DNA of 64,000 nt. Origin: an uncultured Clostridium sp. (GTDB lineage Bacteria; Bacillota; Clostridia; TANB77; CAG-508). The stretch lies in NCBI GenBank assembly GCA_905213875.1, contig CAJMJN010000003.1, forward strand, positions 3,565 through 67,564. The letters run 5' to 3'. Each line of letters opens with the position of its first letter. The stretch's first letter is position 1. The notes beneath the pieces are model-generated. The model was not told the origin of the DNA, searched no databases, and saw nothing but the letters and a program-made list of their open reading frames with translations. The position numbers were made by a program, and so were the translations under genes. This document shows positions 19,615-28,960 of this stretch, in pieces.

Positions 19615-19750
19615 AAAAATATATATTATTTTATGTAATGCCATGCAAGCAATCAAACGAGCTGTGCGAGTGAGATTGGAGCAACTTACACAAATCAAAA
19701 TCATAAGGTTGCGACACACAAGGCATAAATAAAATAATATATATTTTTTA
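19614..19750. terminator. long AT-rich palindrome between convergent genes (bidirectional terminator candidate)
   Basis: AAAAAAATATATATTATTTTATGTAATGCC ... GGCATAAATAAAATAATATATATTTTTT. Confidence 0.5.
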
Positions 19751-19767
19751 TTTTTATATTAACTTTT

Positions 19768-20103
19768 TTATTCCATTACATCTCTAATAGCTTCACCAAT
19801 AATCTTATTTACATCTGCTATTAGGATATTAAATTTTGTTTCTGCTTCAAAAAACTTTTTAGCATCAGGATTTTCTACTAATTCTGCATACTCATTTTGT
19901 AATTGTTTATTTTTTTCTTCATCATTTTTTCCTGTTTGCATCATTGTTAATTGAATTTCATATCTTAATCTATCAAAATTTTCTATTTTTTCTTTTAAAC
20001 TACTATTTAAATTTAATGCTTGTTTAGCCATTTTATAATTAACATATTCTTCTGATTCTTTTATTTCACTTGCTAATCTATTTGCTGTATCATATACGTT
20101 CAT
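19768..20103 (-). CDS. YlbF/YmcA-like helical regulator family protein
   Basis: 111 aa, MNVYDTANRLASEIKESEEYVNYKMAKQ..., typical of the UPF0342/YlbF family. Confidence 0.55.
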   Translation of the reverse strand: MNVYDTANRLASEIKESEEYVNYKMAKQALNLNSSLKEKIENFDRLRYEIQLTMMQTGKNDEEKNKQLQNEYAELVENPDAKKFFEAETKFNILIADVNKIIGEAIRDVME

Positions 20104-20130
20104 TCTAATCTATTCCTCCACTTTTTTACT

Positions 20131-21216
20131 TTATTGATTTACTGTATTAGTTGTTTCAGTATTTGTTACTAAATCAGTACCTTCGATTGTTACTTTAGCA
20201 TCTGTTGGACATATATTTACAAATGTATTTCCATCATTTACTTTTATGACATTTCCTTGCAAGTCTTGATATATAGTTTTACTATCTCTAGCTTCTTTTA
20301 TACATTTTATTTTTATAGCTTTTCCATTTGTTATATAATAACCCTCAAATGTTCCTATGTTTTTTAAACCTTGTCTTCCTTTGTTTTCTGTATCTGTTAA
20401 TGTATAATTATCACAATAAGTTATTATGAGATTTTTTATTGTTATAGCATCTTTTGTATCCCAATCTTTTTGAGCTACACCTCTTGCATATCTTTTATAT
20501 ACTTTATTTTCTGAATCATATTCATATTTTACTGTTTGTAATTGAGAATGTGGAATCGTGATAGTTTCTGCACTTTCCCCATCTTCAAGATTAACTTCAT
20601 CTGTTACATAGTTTAATACACTTTTTTCTGTTGATGTAGTTTTAAACTTTTTGCTTTCTGCTGATTTCTTTAAATTTGCCATACTAGTTACCGCATTGTG
20701 TGGTGCTGTTTTATCTTTTACTCTCCAGAATGTGCTTCCATCTTCTGATATTCCATTTATATCATTTATACTATATTTTTTTATATCACTTGCTGCTTGT
20801 GGACTTTGTCCAAAGTGTACATATATAGCATCATTTTCCATTGCATAATCTATAAAATAATGTCTAGCACTTCTAACTGGTCCAATTTTATCTACATCTG
20901 CACCTTTAAATAATGCCATTAGTCTTGTTTCTCCACCTTCAACTACAATTTCATATACCATATATGCCTTTTGTAATCCTGCTTGTGGCCAAGCATCTTT
21001 ATGGTTGTCTATCATTACTGCAAAAGGTCTTTCATTTCCTTGAAATATTTGCACTTTTTTTTCTTCTTTTGCTGTTCCAACTAATATATTATCTTCGTTT
21101 GACACTGTTGTTTCTTCTTTTTTACTTTGTGTTATCTTATATGCCAGTACTCCTCCGGCTACAATTACTAATATAACAAGTATTGTTATTAATACTTTTA
21201 CTCCGCCTCTTTCCAT
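20131..21216 (-). CDS. membrane-anchored DUF3048 (YerB-like) protein
   Basis: 361 aa with an N-terminal TM helix. FAVMIDNHKDAWPQAGLQKAYMVYEIVVEGGETRLMALF is the characteristic DUF3048 block. Confidence 0.6.
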   Translation of the reverse strand: MERGGVKVLITILVILVIVAGGVLAYKITQSKKEETTVSNEDNILVGTAKEEKKVQIFQGNERPFAVMIDNHKDAWPQAGLQKAYMVYEIVVEGGETRLMALFKGADVDKIGPVRSARHYFIDYAMENDAIYVHFGQSPQAASDIKKYSINDINGISEDGSTFWRVKDKTAPHNAVTSMANLKKSAESKKFKTTSTEKSVLNYVTDEVNLEDGESAETITIPHSQLQTVKYEYDSENKVYKRYARGVAQKDWDTKDAITIKNLIITYCDNYTLTDTENKGRQGLKNIGTFEGYYITNGKAIKIKCIKEARDSKTIYQDLQGNVIKVNDGNTFVNICPTDAKVTIEGTDLVTNTETTNTVNQ

Positions 21217-21269
21217 TTTATTCTCCTCTTATCATTATATTTTTGATTTCCAGGTAACGTGTTTTTTCT

Positions 21270-21746
21270 CTAGCACTCTCTTAAAATTTTTAAATCATTT
21301 AATATCTTTTCTTCTTTAGGTCTCATTTTTACTTTATCTTCTTCTTTTATATGGTCATATCCCATTACATGATAAAATCCATGAACGACCATATAACTTA
21401 ACTCTCTTTCAAAACTATGACCATACTCTTTTGCTTGTTCTTCAACTCTTGCAATTGATATTATAATATCTCCCAAAACATCTTCATGTTCAAATTGTTT
21501 TTTAGCTATCATTTCATCTAGTTCTTGCTTTTCGAACATTGGAAATGAAAGAACATCTGTCTCTTTGTCTATTTTTCTGTATTCTTTGTTTATCTTTCTT
21601 ATATTTTCAGGATTTGTTAATGTTACTGTTAAACATAATTTAGAGTCAGAAATTCCTTCTTCTTCAAAGCATTTTTCAACTACTTTTTTTATTGTTTTTT
21701 CATATTTACTATTTTCTTCTATGTCTTGATATATAATTTCATACAT
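21270..21746 (-). CDS. ybeY: rRNA maturation endoribonuclease YbeY
   Basis: 158 aa with the HGFYHVMGYDH zinc motif (HxxxHxxGxxH). Confidence 0.9.
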   Translation of the reverse strand: MYEIIYQDIEENSKYEKTIKKVVEKCFEEEGISDSKLCLTVTLTNPENIRKINKEYRKIDKETDVLSFPMFEKQELDEMIAKKQFEHEDVLGDIIISIARVEEQAKEYGHSFERELSYMVVHGFYHVMGYDHIKEEDKVKMRPKEEKILNDLKILREC

Positions 21747-22967
21747 TTATGCTACTTCCTTTAACTTTTTTATGTATTGTCCTTGTGATCTATAAGAGTT
21801 TTTTAATTCTTTCATTGCTCCATAATCTACTAATTTTCTTTTATAATATTTTATTATTTTACTATAATCTATTTTTTCTTTATCTAATTTTTTAATATCG
21901 TCTTTTACAAATAATATTTCTTTTTGCTTTACATATTCTATAAAATCTGTTTCTTTTAGATTTGAAATTTGTTTATATTTATTCCAGAACTCTTTATATT
22001 CTTCTCTTGCCTTTGGTGTTTCCCAATATACCTTTGTTGATAATAATTTTATGTTATAATCTTCTATTAAATTAATAAGCATTGAATATGCTTTTTCTCT
22101 TTTTGTTGCAATTTTAGTATCTTGTACTAATGTTCTTGCATCTTTTAATAGTTTTTCATAACATTGTTCTGCAACTATTAGTGGTAAGCTATGTGTAAAT
22201 AATTTTCTGCTTATTCCTAATAAAATCATATTTTTTTCTATATTATCTTTTGTATCTAATTTTCCAACTGTATATGTTTCATATCTTTCATAATCTGCTG
22301 ATATTTCTTTTAAATGTTTATCATTACTATTGTTTTCAATTTTTATTGGTAATATATTTTGAATATATTCTTCTAATGTATTAAATATTTTCATATATAT
22401 CCATTCTTTTGTTGAATCATATATATTTGTTGTATCTGCTACTTTTATAGAGTAATTTTTTAATATTGATTTATACAATGTATCCATTTTTGAGATATAA
22501 AATTGAGTATATTTTTCAAGTATTTTTTGTTTTGCATTTGCTTTTAAACTTTCATAATCTAATTCTAATAAATATTTTTGTTTTCTATATTTATATTCTA
22601 TAAATTCACTTTCTTTTAAACTTGTAACTTCATAATATCTTGCCATTGCATTTTGCTCAAATTCTGATGCTGTATTATTCCTTACTTTTTTGTAAATAGA
22701 GTCCATTACATATTTGTCTAATGAATCTAAATATGCCTCATATGCTAAATTATATTTTTTTTCTAGTTCATCTTTGTCGTAATTTTCATTGTCTGCTATG
22801 TAATTCTCAAAGGCTTTTATAAGAATGTTTCTTTTTATTGAAATTAACATTCCATTAATTCCTATTTTTGTTGGTATTAATATTTTTGTCAAAGTATTTG
22901 TTATTTTATTAAAAAAGTTTCTATCTGCTCCTACTATTTTAAGGCTTCTTTCTTCCATTTCTATCAT
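21747..22967 (-). CDS. hypothetical 406-aa Lys/Glu/Tyr-rich helical protein
   Basis: A long clean ORF tightly packed between yqfD (4-nt gap) and ybeY (adjacent codons). No motif was recognised. It occupies the slot where phoH and yqfF lie in Bacillus. Confidence 0.6.
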   Translation of the reverse strand: MIEMEERSLKIVGADRNFFNKITNTLTKILIPTKIGINGMLISIKRNILIKAFENYIADNENYDKDELEKKYNLAYEAYLDSLDKYVMDSIYKKVRNNTASEFEQNAMARYYEVTSLKESEFIEYKYRKQKYLLELDYESLKANAKQKILEKYTQFYISKMDTLYKSILKNYSIKVADTTNIYDSTKEWIYMKIFNTLEEYIQNILPIKIENNSNDKHLKEISADYERYETYTVGKLDTKDNIEKNMILLGISRKLFTHSLPLIVAEQCYEKLLKDARTLVQDTKIATKREKAYSMLINLIEDYNIKLLSTKVYWETPKAREEYKEFWNKYKQISNLKETDFIEYVKQKEILFVKDDIKKLDKEKIDYSKIIKYYKRKLVDYGAMKELKNSYRSQGQYIKKLKEVA

Positions 22968-22971
22968 CCCT

Positions 22972-24156
22972 TCAAAACACTATTTTTTCATTTGTACCTA
23001 TGTTTTCTAGAACTTCATATGTAACGTATATTTCAACACCGTCTTCTTTTTCATAGGTATTTATATTTTTATTTACAATCTTTTTTTCATCCTTTATTTC
23101 TTTTTTTAGTTCTTCTTGTAATTCTTCTATCCCTAATGTTTTGGCTTCTTCTAATGTGTATTTTTGTGTATAATTTTCTTTTTCTTTAAATGTGGTTTTT
23201 ACTACTGAAATCGGTAAATAAAAATCTGAAAATATTCTAAATTTACTATCAGTTTCTATTGTATCATAAATTTCAAATTTTGAATACTTTTTTAAAAAAT
23301 TTATTTCAAAATTATTTATTTTCAAACTATATTTATTTTCTTGATTACCTGTTTTCCTTGTTTGCGTAAGAATATATGGTATTTTTTTATTCTTTGTATA
23401 CCATACTTTTGCCTCAATTTCTCCTTTAGCATGTACGTATCTTATTCCTGTATATTTTCCTTCCATCCAGCCATTAATTAAAATATCACCTTTGTTTATT
23501 GTATCCCCTACTTTCACATTTGCTGTTCCATTTTGTGCATTGATTTTTGTTATTACTCCTGTTTTATCTGAAACAATATTACAATATTCATTAGTATCTA
23601 CTATTTCTGGTTTTTGATCAGCTTTCACTAATTTAACAATAATATTTGTACCTTTTTTCTCTATTCCCATCCATGCAACATCATTTCTTTTTAATCTTAT
23701 CTTATTTATAATTTCTTTGGAATTTATTTTTGATTTTAAAGTCCCTAATTTTATTCCTGCTTCTTCTATATCCTGCCTTATATTAGGCAATTCTTGATTA
23801 TTTTCTTCTATTATATCCACATTCCATACATACATTGATGATAATCCAATTATAAAAACTACTATTATAAGTAAAATTGCAAATGTCTTTCTTTTTTTAT
23901 ATTTATACATTAAAAATGGAAGACCTTTTTTACTTCTTATTTTTAATTTACAATTCAATTGTTTTACAATTTTACATACTTCTTTAAATTCTTTAATTCT
24001 TACATTAAAAAATAACATAGTATTTTTATTTCTTTTTAAATTCCAAATTGTAATATTTCTTTTTTTACATATATTTATAAATCTTTCTATATAATATCCT
24101 TCAATAGATATTCTTAAATACCCTAATATGTAGCTGAAAACTATTTTAAAAAACAT
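22972..24156 (-). CDS. yqfD: sporulation protein YqfD
   Basis: 394 aa. It has the characteristic N-terminus MFFKIVFSYILGYLRISIEG, a central TM helix, and sits in the yqfC-yqfD pair. Confidence 0.85.
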   Translation of the reverse strand: MFFKIVFSYILGYLRISIEGYYIERFINICKKRNITIWNLKRNKNTMLFFNVRIKEFKEVCKIVKQLNCKLKIRSKKGLPFLMYKYKKRKTFAILLIIVVFIIGLSSMYVWNVDIIEENNQELPNIRQDIEEAGIKLGTLKSKINSKEIINKIRLKRNDVAWMGIEKKGTNIIVKLVKADQKPEIVDTNEYCNIVSDKTGVITKINAQNGTANVKVGDTINKGDILINGWMEGKYTGIRYVHAKGEIEAKVWYTKNKKIPYILTQTRKTGNQENKYSLKINNFEINFLKKYSKFEIYDTIETDSKFRIFSDFYLPISVVKTTFKEKENYTQKYTLEEAKTLGIEELQEELKKEIKDEKKIVNKNINTYEKEDGVEIYVTYEVLENIGTNEKIVF

Positions 24157-24167
24157 ATAATATCTCC

Positions 24168-24452
24168 TTAATTTTCTTCTATTGTTCTTTCTATGTCTAT
24201 GCTTTCAATCTTCCCTTTTACTTTTATGTCATCATTTGTCATATTTTCAAGATTTAAATTGTATCCGTTTATATTAACAACCCCTATATATGTTCTAATT
24301 CTCACAAAAAATTCTTCATATTCTAAAATTCCTTTAAAATTTTCTATTATTAATTCATCAAATCCTGTTATCGTAATTTTAGGAATATTGGAATATACTT
24401 CTTGTGGTAATTCTAGTATTCTACTCATTCTATTTTGATTCTTTTTTCTCAT
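24168..24452 (-). CDS. yqfC: sporulation protein YqfC
   Basis: The start was moved to ATG 24450-24452 (MRKKNQNRMSRILELPQEV..), which avoids overlap with the upstream gene. ..ITITGFDELIIENFKGILEYEEFFVRI.. is YqfC-like. Confidence 0.8.
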   Translation of the reverse strand: MRKKNQNRMSRILELPQEVYSNIPKITITGFDELIIENFKGILEYEEFFVRIRTYIGVVNINGYNLNLENMTNDDIKVKGKIESIDIERTIEEN

Positions 24453-24498
24453 ATAAAAATCAATCCTCTCTTCTTTTGACTTTGTTGTTTGTAAGTTT

Positions 24499-25299
24499 TT
24501 ATTCAAATTCATCTAATGATTTAAATTCATATCCCATATTTTTTGTTTCTTTAATTACTGAATCTAAAATATTTGTATTTGTTTTAGAATTTCCATGTAA
24601 TAACATAATTTCTCCATTATGCAAGTTTTCTATAATTTTCTTTTTTGAACTTTCTTCATTAGGTTGTTTGTCTTCGTTCCAGTCTTCATATGCAAAAGAC
24701 CACATTACTGTTTTATATCCTAAATTATTTGTGCTTATTATACTTTTTTCACTAAATTCGCCTTTTGGTGGCCTTATATATTTCATATCATATCCAAATT
24801 TTTGGTATATTACTGTATGTAGTTCCATTACTTCTTTTTTTATTTCTTCTTCTGATAATGTTGGCATTGATTTATGATTAACTGTATGATTTCCAACAAT
24901 ATGTCCTTCATCTATTATTTGTTTTACCAATTCTGGTTGTGTATTAACAAAATGTGCTGTTATAAAAAACGTTGCCTTTACATCATTGTTTTTTAACGAC
25001 TCCAATATTTTAGGTGTATAACCTGCCTCATATCCTTCATCAAATGTTAAATATATATACTTTTTTTCACTATTTCCTAAACATATTCCATTATTTGACT
25101 CTAATATTTTTTTGTTACTTTTTCCTACATCTGGTTGTTCATGATTATTATTTCTTTTTATTCCCCATTCCATCTTTTTACTACTAATTGTTGATACTGA
25201 TGTTTCTATGTTTTGCTCTTTTTGTTTTTCTCCTATACTTAAAATAACAACTAAAATTATAATTATAATACTTATAATTATTTTTACTTTTTTATTCAT
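24499..25299 (-). CDS. polysaccharide deacetylase (PdaA-like, spore-cortex delta-lactam type)
   Basis: 266 aa with a signal anchor. NodB motifs are present: TFDEGY, HIVGNHTVNH. Confidence 0.8.
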   Translation of the reverse strand: MNKKVKIIISIIIIILVVILSIGEKQKEQNIETSVSTISSKKMEWGIKRNNNHEQPDVGKSNKKILESNNGICLGNSEKKYIYLTFDEGYEAGYTPKILESLKNNDVKATFFITAHFVNTQPELVKQIIDEGHIVGNHTVNHKSMPTLSEEEIKKEVMELHTVIYQKFGYDMKYIRPPKGEFSEKSIISTNNLGYKTVMWSFAYEDWNEDKQPNEESSKKKIIENLHNGEIMLLHGNSKTNTNILDSVIKETKNMGYEFKSLDEFE

Positions 25300-25526
25300 T
25301 TTAGTCTTACTCCTTTTCTTTAATTCTTATTAATTTTATGTTATTTTTCTTATTATAGAACTAATATTTTACTTTCAATTTACTCTACAAAACGAAAATT
25401 TTTTTTGGATAAATTTGTAAATTTCTATTGACAAGATTTCTTTTTTAGAATAATATTTATAAAAATTGGAAAAAAAAGGTAATTTTTTATTTTTTTACTA
25501 AAGATTAACAAAGAAGGCTGATATTT

Positions 25527-26237
25527 ATGATTAAATTTGCACTATGTGATGATAGTATTAATATTCTGGAAAAAGTTTCGAAAATGCTCGAAACTATCTT
25601 TAATGAAAATAATTTTAATGCTGTAGTAGCTTATTCATCTACAAATACCAATGATATGTTAAATTATATAAATAACAATAAAATAGATGTTATTATTTTA
25701 GATATAAATATAAACTCAAATAAAGATGGTTTAAATTTAGCAGAGTTCATACGAAAAAATAATAAAAATACTTATATTATTTTTTCAACCGGTCATTTGG
25801 AATATATTATGCTAGCATATAAGTATAAAACATTTGATTATTTAGCTAAGCCTCTTACTTATGATCGACTGAGCGAAACTATTGTTAGACTGTTTGAAGA
25901 TATAAATGGACAAACCACAAAATATATTAGAATCGACAATAAAAATACTTTAATTGACGCCTCTGAAGTACAATTTATAAAAAGAGACGGAATGAAATTA
26001 GTTTTTCACACTACTACTCGTAATTATGAAAGTTATAATTCTTTTAATAAAATCCAAAACAGCTTACCAACCAATTATAGAAGATGTCATAAATCTTGTA
26101 TTGCAAATATATTACAGATAAAAGATATTGAACCTGTATCTAATACTATTACTTTTAAAGATGGAAGTATTTGTAGTATGGGTCCTAAATATAAGTCTGA
26201 TATAATGGAGGTTTTACAAAATAATGAGAACATTTAA
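25527..26237 (+). CDS. LytTR-family (AgrA-like) response regulator
   Basis: A receiver domain with acidic pocket CDD and phospho-Asp in VIILDINI, followed by a C-terminal LytTR-type domain (..IRIDNKNTLIDASEVQFIKRDGMKLVFHT..). Confidence 0.85.
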   Translation: MIKFALCDDSINILEKVSKMLETIFNENNFNAVVAYSSTNTNDMLNYINNNKIDVIILDININSNKDGLNLAEFIRKNNKNTYIIFSTGHLEYIMLAYKYKTFDYLAKPLTYDRLSETIVRLFEDINGQTTKYIRIDNKNTLIDASEVQFIKRDGMKLVFHTTTRNYESYNSFNKIQNSLPTNYRRCHKSCIANILQIKDIEPVSNTITFKDGSICSMGPKYKSDIMEVLQNNENI

Positions 26238-27192
26238 TTTTATTCTTTTTCATAGATTCACATATTTTACAATAATTTATTTTTTCTCTGTAATTACTAT
26301 TATGTCAATCAGTAACAGAACTTTACAGATTAGTTTTTCAAATATTCCTGCAAAAAAAAATTTGTCAATTATAGTTATAAATTTATTTTTAGGTATGTTA
26401 ACTTTAATTGTTCATGCTATAATGATATTTCATTACAGATATAAATTGCCAATATTTATTATTTCATTAAATTTAATTTCTTTACTAACATATTTCTTTA
26501 TAATCATTTATAGCTTAAGCAAAAATTTATTATCAGTATCAAATACAATTCAAAAAATGTCTACTTTGGAATATTATAATACAAGTTTACGTACTTTGTA
26601 TGATGGTGTTCGAGGATTTAAACATGATTTCGATAATATTGTTACCACAATTGGTGGATATATAAAAACAAATGATACATATGGATTACAAAATTACTAT
26701 GATCATCTAAATTTTGATTGTCAAAAATTAAACACTATTTCTTTATTATCACCTGAAATCATTAACAATCCAGGCATTTATAGTTTATTATCTAAAAAAT
26801 ATCAATATGCTATCGAAAATAATATAAAAGTAAATCTTTCTTTTATGCTTGATTTAAGTTCTTTGCATATGAATGTTTATGAATTTACTAGAATCCTTGG
26901 TATTTTATTAGATAATGCTATTGAAGCAAGTGCAACAAGTAATGAAAAAATAATTAATTTAACTTTCAGAAATGATATTAGAACTTCTAGACAATTAGTA
27001 ATTATTGAAAATACATATTCTAATAAAGATGTAAATACTGAAAATATATTTGAAAAAGGAATTTCTTCTAAAGATAATCACACAGGTCTTGGTTTATGGA
27101 CTGTTAAAAAAATTTTAAGCAAAAATCACAATGTCAATTTATCTACTTCCAAGGATAATAAATTCTTTTCACAACAACTTGAAATATATTAA
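26224..27192 (+). CDS. AgrC-like (HPK10) sensor histidine kinase
   Basis: About 4 N-terminal TM helices, an H-box VRGFKHDFDNIV, an N-box LLDNAIEA and a G-box GLGLW. It overlaps the regulator gene by 14 nt. Confidence 0.8.
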   Translation: MRTFNFILFHRFTYFTIIYFFSVITIMSISNRTLQISFSNIPAKKNLSIIVINLFLGMLTLIVHAIMIFHYRYKLPIFIISLNLISLLTYFFIIIYSLSKNLLSVSNTIQKMSTLEYYNTSLRTLYDGVRGFKHDFDNIVTTIGGYIKTNDTYGLQNYYDHLNFDCQKLNTISLLSPEIINNPGIYSLLSKKYQYAIENNIKVNLSFMLDLSSLHMNVYEFTRILGILLDNAIEASATSNEKIINLTFRNDIRTSRQLVIIENTYSNKDVNTENIFEKGISSKDNHTGLGLWTVKKILSKNHNVNLSTSKDNKFFSQQLEIY

Positions 27193-27207
27193 TGTAATAA
27201 CTAAAAT

Positions 27208-27231
27208 AGCTTGTATCTATTGATACAAGCT
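27208..27231. terminator. perfect hairpin AGCTTGTATC-TAT-TGATACAAGCT (terminator for the kinase and, ancestrally, the tRNA)
   Basis: A 10-bp stem followed by a T-rich run. It partly lies inside the attL repeat. Confidence 0.7.
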
Positions 27232-27263
27232 ACTTTTATTGATTATTTCTTTGGTAGCGAAGA
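27220..27263. repeat. attL: 44-bp perfect direct repeat
   Basis: TTGATACAAGCTACTTTTATTGATTATTTCTTTGGTAGCGAAGA is identical at 37555-37598. Its last 12 nt equal the tRNA 3' end. Confidence 0.9.
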
Positions 27264-27652
27264 CCCTACGCAATTCTTATATATATTTAAATTTATTACA
27301 TTTGTTTTGTTTTTCGTTTAAGTAAAATAAATTATCAAAAATTAAAATAAATTTATAAAAATTAAATTTGTTTTTGACTCTTTCCTAATTTTTGTTAACT
27401 TCCATAAAGGCTTCTTCAATAGAGCATACATTCCCATCTTCTATATCTTGCATACCTTTTTGTAATTTTGTTAGCTTTAGCTTACAAAATTTAATTATAA
27501 AAATATGAGCCTTAGCAAATATTTTTGTATCACGATTAGAATATTTTATTTATTGAGCTTCTGCGAAATAAATTAAATATTAATCGTGCCAAGAAAGATA
27601 TTTTATAAAATTTGAAAAATTTTATTATATATCTTTCTAAAAAAGGGTTGTT

Positions 27653-27698
27653 AGGGAAAAGTATTTTCCCTGACCATACAGAACGTCTGCGACGTTCT
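27653..27698 (+). promoter_or_regulatory. candidate oriT (two adjacent inverted repeats upstream of the relaxase gene)
   Basis: AGGGAAAAGTATTTTCCCT and AGAACGTCTGCGACGTTCT lie about 100 nt upstream of the mob start. Confidence 0.35.
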
Positions 27699-27803
27699 AG
27701 TATGTTAGAAACTCAAAATAAGTTTATTTAAGAAAAATCATTGGAGGTGTTTTATTTTAAGTAAGCCTTCGAAGGCTATCTATAATAAAAAGGAATTTTA
27801 AAA

Positions 27804-28754
27804 ATGAGTTATGCAATAATTAGAAATGCAAATTACAAAAGAGATAATTTAGCAGGACTATATAAACATAACGAAAGAAAAAATACTAATTATTCAAATA
27901 AAGACATCAATAAAAATAGTTCTATAAAAAATTATTCATTAAAGCAATGTAATACAACATATTCTAATGCTATAAAAAAATTACAGCAAGAAAATAACTT
28001 ACAAGGTAGAATTATAAAAACTACAAATATAGCTTGTGAATTTATCATTACTTCTGATAAAGAATTTTTTGATGCAATCGGAATAGATGAAACAAAAAGA
28101 TATTTTCAAACTGCTTACGATTTTGTTGCAAATTATAAAAACTTAGGCGAAAAATACATTATATCTGCAAAAGTTCATATGGACGAATCAACACCACATC
28201 TTCACTTAGTTTTTGTTCCTGTTATCCATACTAAAGATAAACAAGGAAACACAATTGATAAAATTGCTTGTAGCCAATATTGGAAAGGAAAAGATAGTTA
28301 TAGACAATTACAAGATAAATTTTATTCTTATATGACTGAAAACGGATTTGATTTAGAACGTGGCAATACTAAAGATAATACCCATATTCCTATTGAAACT
28401 TTGAAGCAAATAACTAATTATGAAAATATAAAATATGAATTATCTAACGAACAAATTAAATCTATTTCCACTAAAAATACTAATTTAATATTACAGCAAA
28501 ACAAAGAATTAATACAATATACAAATAAATTAAAATTACAACTTAGTAAAACATATCCATTAATTAATAAAGCTGAACAATTACAAAAAGAAAATACTTA
28601 TCTAAAGACTGAAAATGTAAAATTAAAAACAGAAAATAATAGATTAAAAAATTATATTGATAAAACCTTTGAGGTCGTAAAACATCTTTTTAATTTTCCT
28701 TCTGGAATTTTAAAAAATATTGTAGATGATTTTATCAAACATTTTGAAAAATAA
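27804..28754 (+). CDS. mob: MobV/Pre-family plasmid recombination/mobilization relaxase
   Basis: 316 aa. The N-terminus is MSYAIIRNANYKRDNLAGLYKHNERK. HMDESTPHLHLVFVP is the HxDE..PHxH metal motif of Mob_Pre relaxases. The C-terminus is coiled-coil. Confidence 0.85.
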   Translation: MSYAIIRNANYKRDNLAGLYKHNERKNTNYSNKDINKNSSIKNYSLKQCNTTYSNAIKKLQQENNLQGRIIKTTNIACEFIITSDKEFFDAIGIDETKRYFQTAYDFVANYKNLGEKYIISAKVHMDESTPHLHLVFVPVIHTKDKQGNTIDKIACSQYWKGKDSYRQLQDKFYSYMTENGFDLERGNTKDNTHIPIETLKQITNYENIKYELSNEQIKSISTKNTNLILQQNKELIQYTNKLKLQLSKTYPLINKAEQLQKENTYLKTENVKLKTENNRLKNYIDKTFEVVKHLFNFPSGILKNIVDDFIKHFEK

Positions 28755-28765
28755 TATTTATACCT

Positions 28766-28802
28766 ACTAGACTGTTAACAAGCATTTTGTTAACAGTCTA
28801 GT
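28766..28802. terminator. bidirectional terminator hairpin
   Basis: ACTAGACTGTTAACA-loop-TGTTAACAGTCTAGT lies between convergent genes. Confidence 0.65.
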
Positions 28803-28808
28803 GTTATA

Positions 28809-28958
28809 TTAATCATCATTAGGCATTGCAATAACAGATATTATTTCAATTTTCTTTTTTACTAAATCACTAACAAATTTATCTACATTTCTTGCTTCAC
28901 ATTCCTCTTTAAAAACTTGCTTATTATATAGATAAATAATTTTATATTTTTTAATCAT
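28809..28958 (-). CDS. 49-aa hypothetical protein coupled to the pseudo-receiver gene
   Basis: Below the ORF-track cutoff. It translates as MIKKYKIIYLYNKQVFKEECEARNVDKFVSDLVKKKIEIISVIAMPNDD. A GGAG RBS lies 8 nt upstream. It starts 2 nt after the stop of the upstream gene. Confidence 0.35.
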   Translation of the reverse strand: MIKKYKIIYLYNKQVFKEECEARNVDKFVSDLVKKKIEIISVIAMPNDD

Positions 28959-28960
28959 TT

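Noticed and set aside
19614-19750. Considered as a fifth member of the GTAC-core hairpin family.
   Set aside because: It lacks the GAAGGTGTAC/GTACATCGA apex. Its non-canonical positions favour pairing on the minus strand. It sits between convergent genes, so it is better explained as a long terminator.
27385-27453. A 22-aa minus-strand ORF (MQDIEDGNVCSIEEAFMEVNKN) near attL that resembles the C-terminus of RelB/ParD-type antitoxins.
   Set aside because: The open frame upstream has no start codon or RBS, and no toxin partner is present. It is most likely a gene remnant, and too short to support a call.
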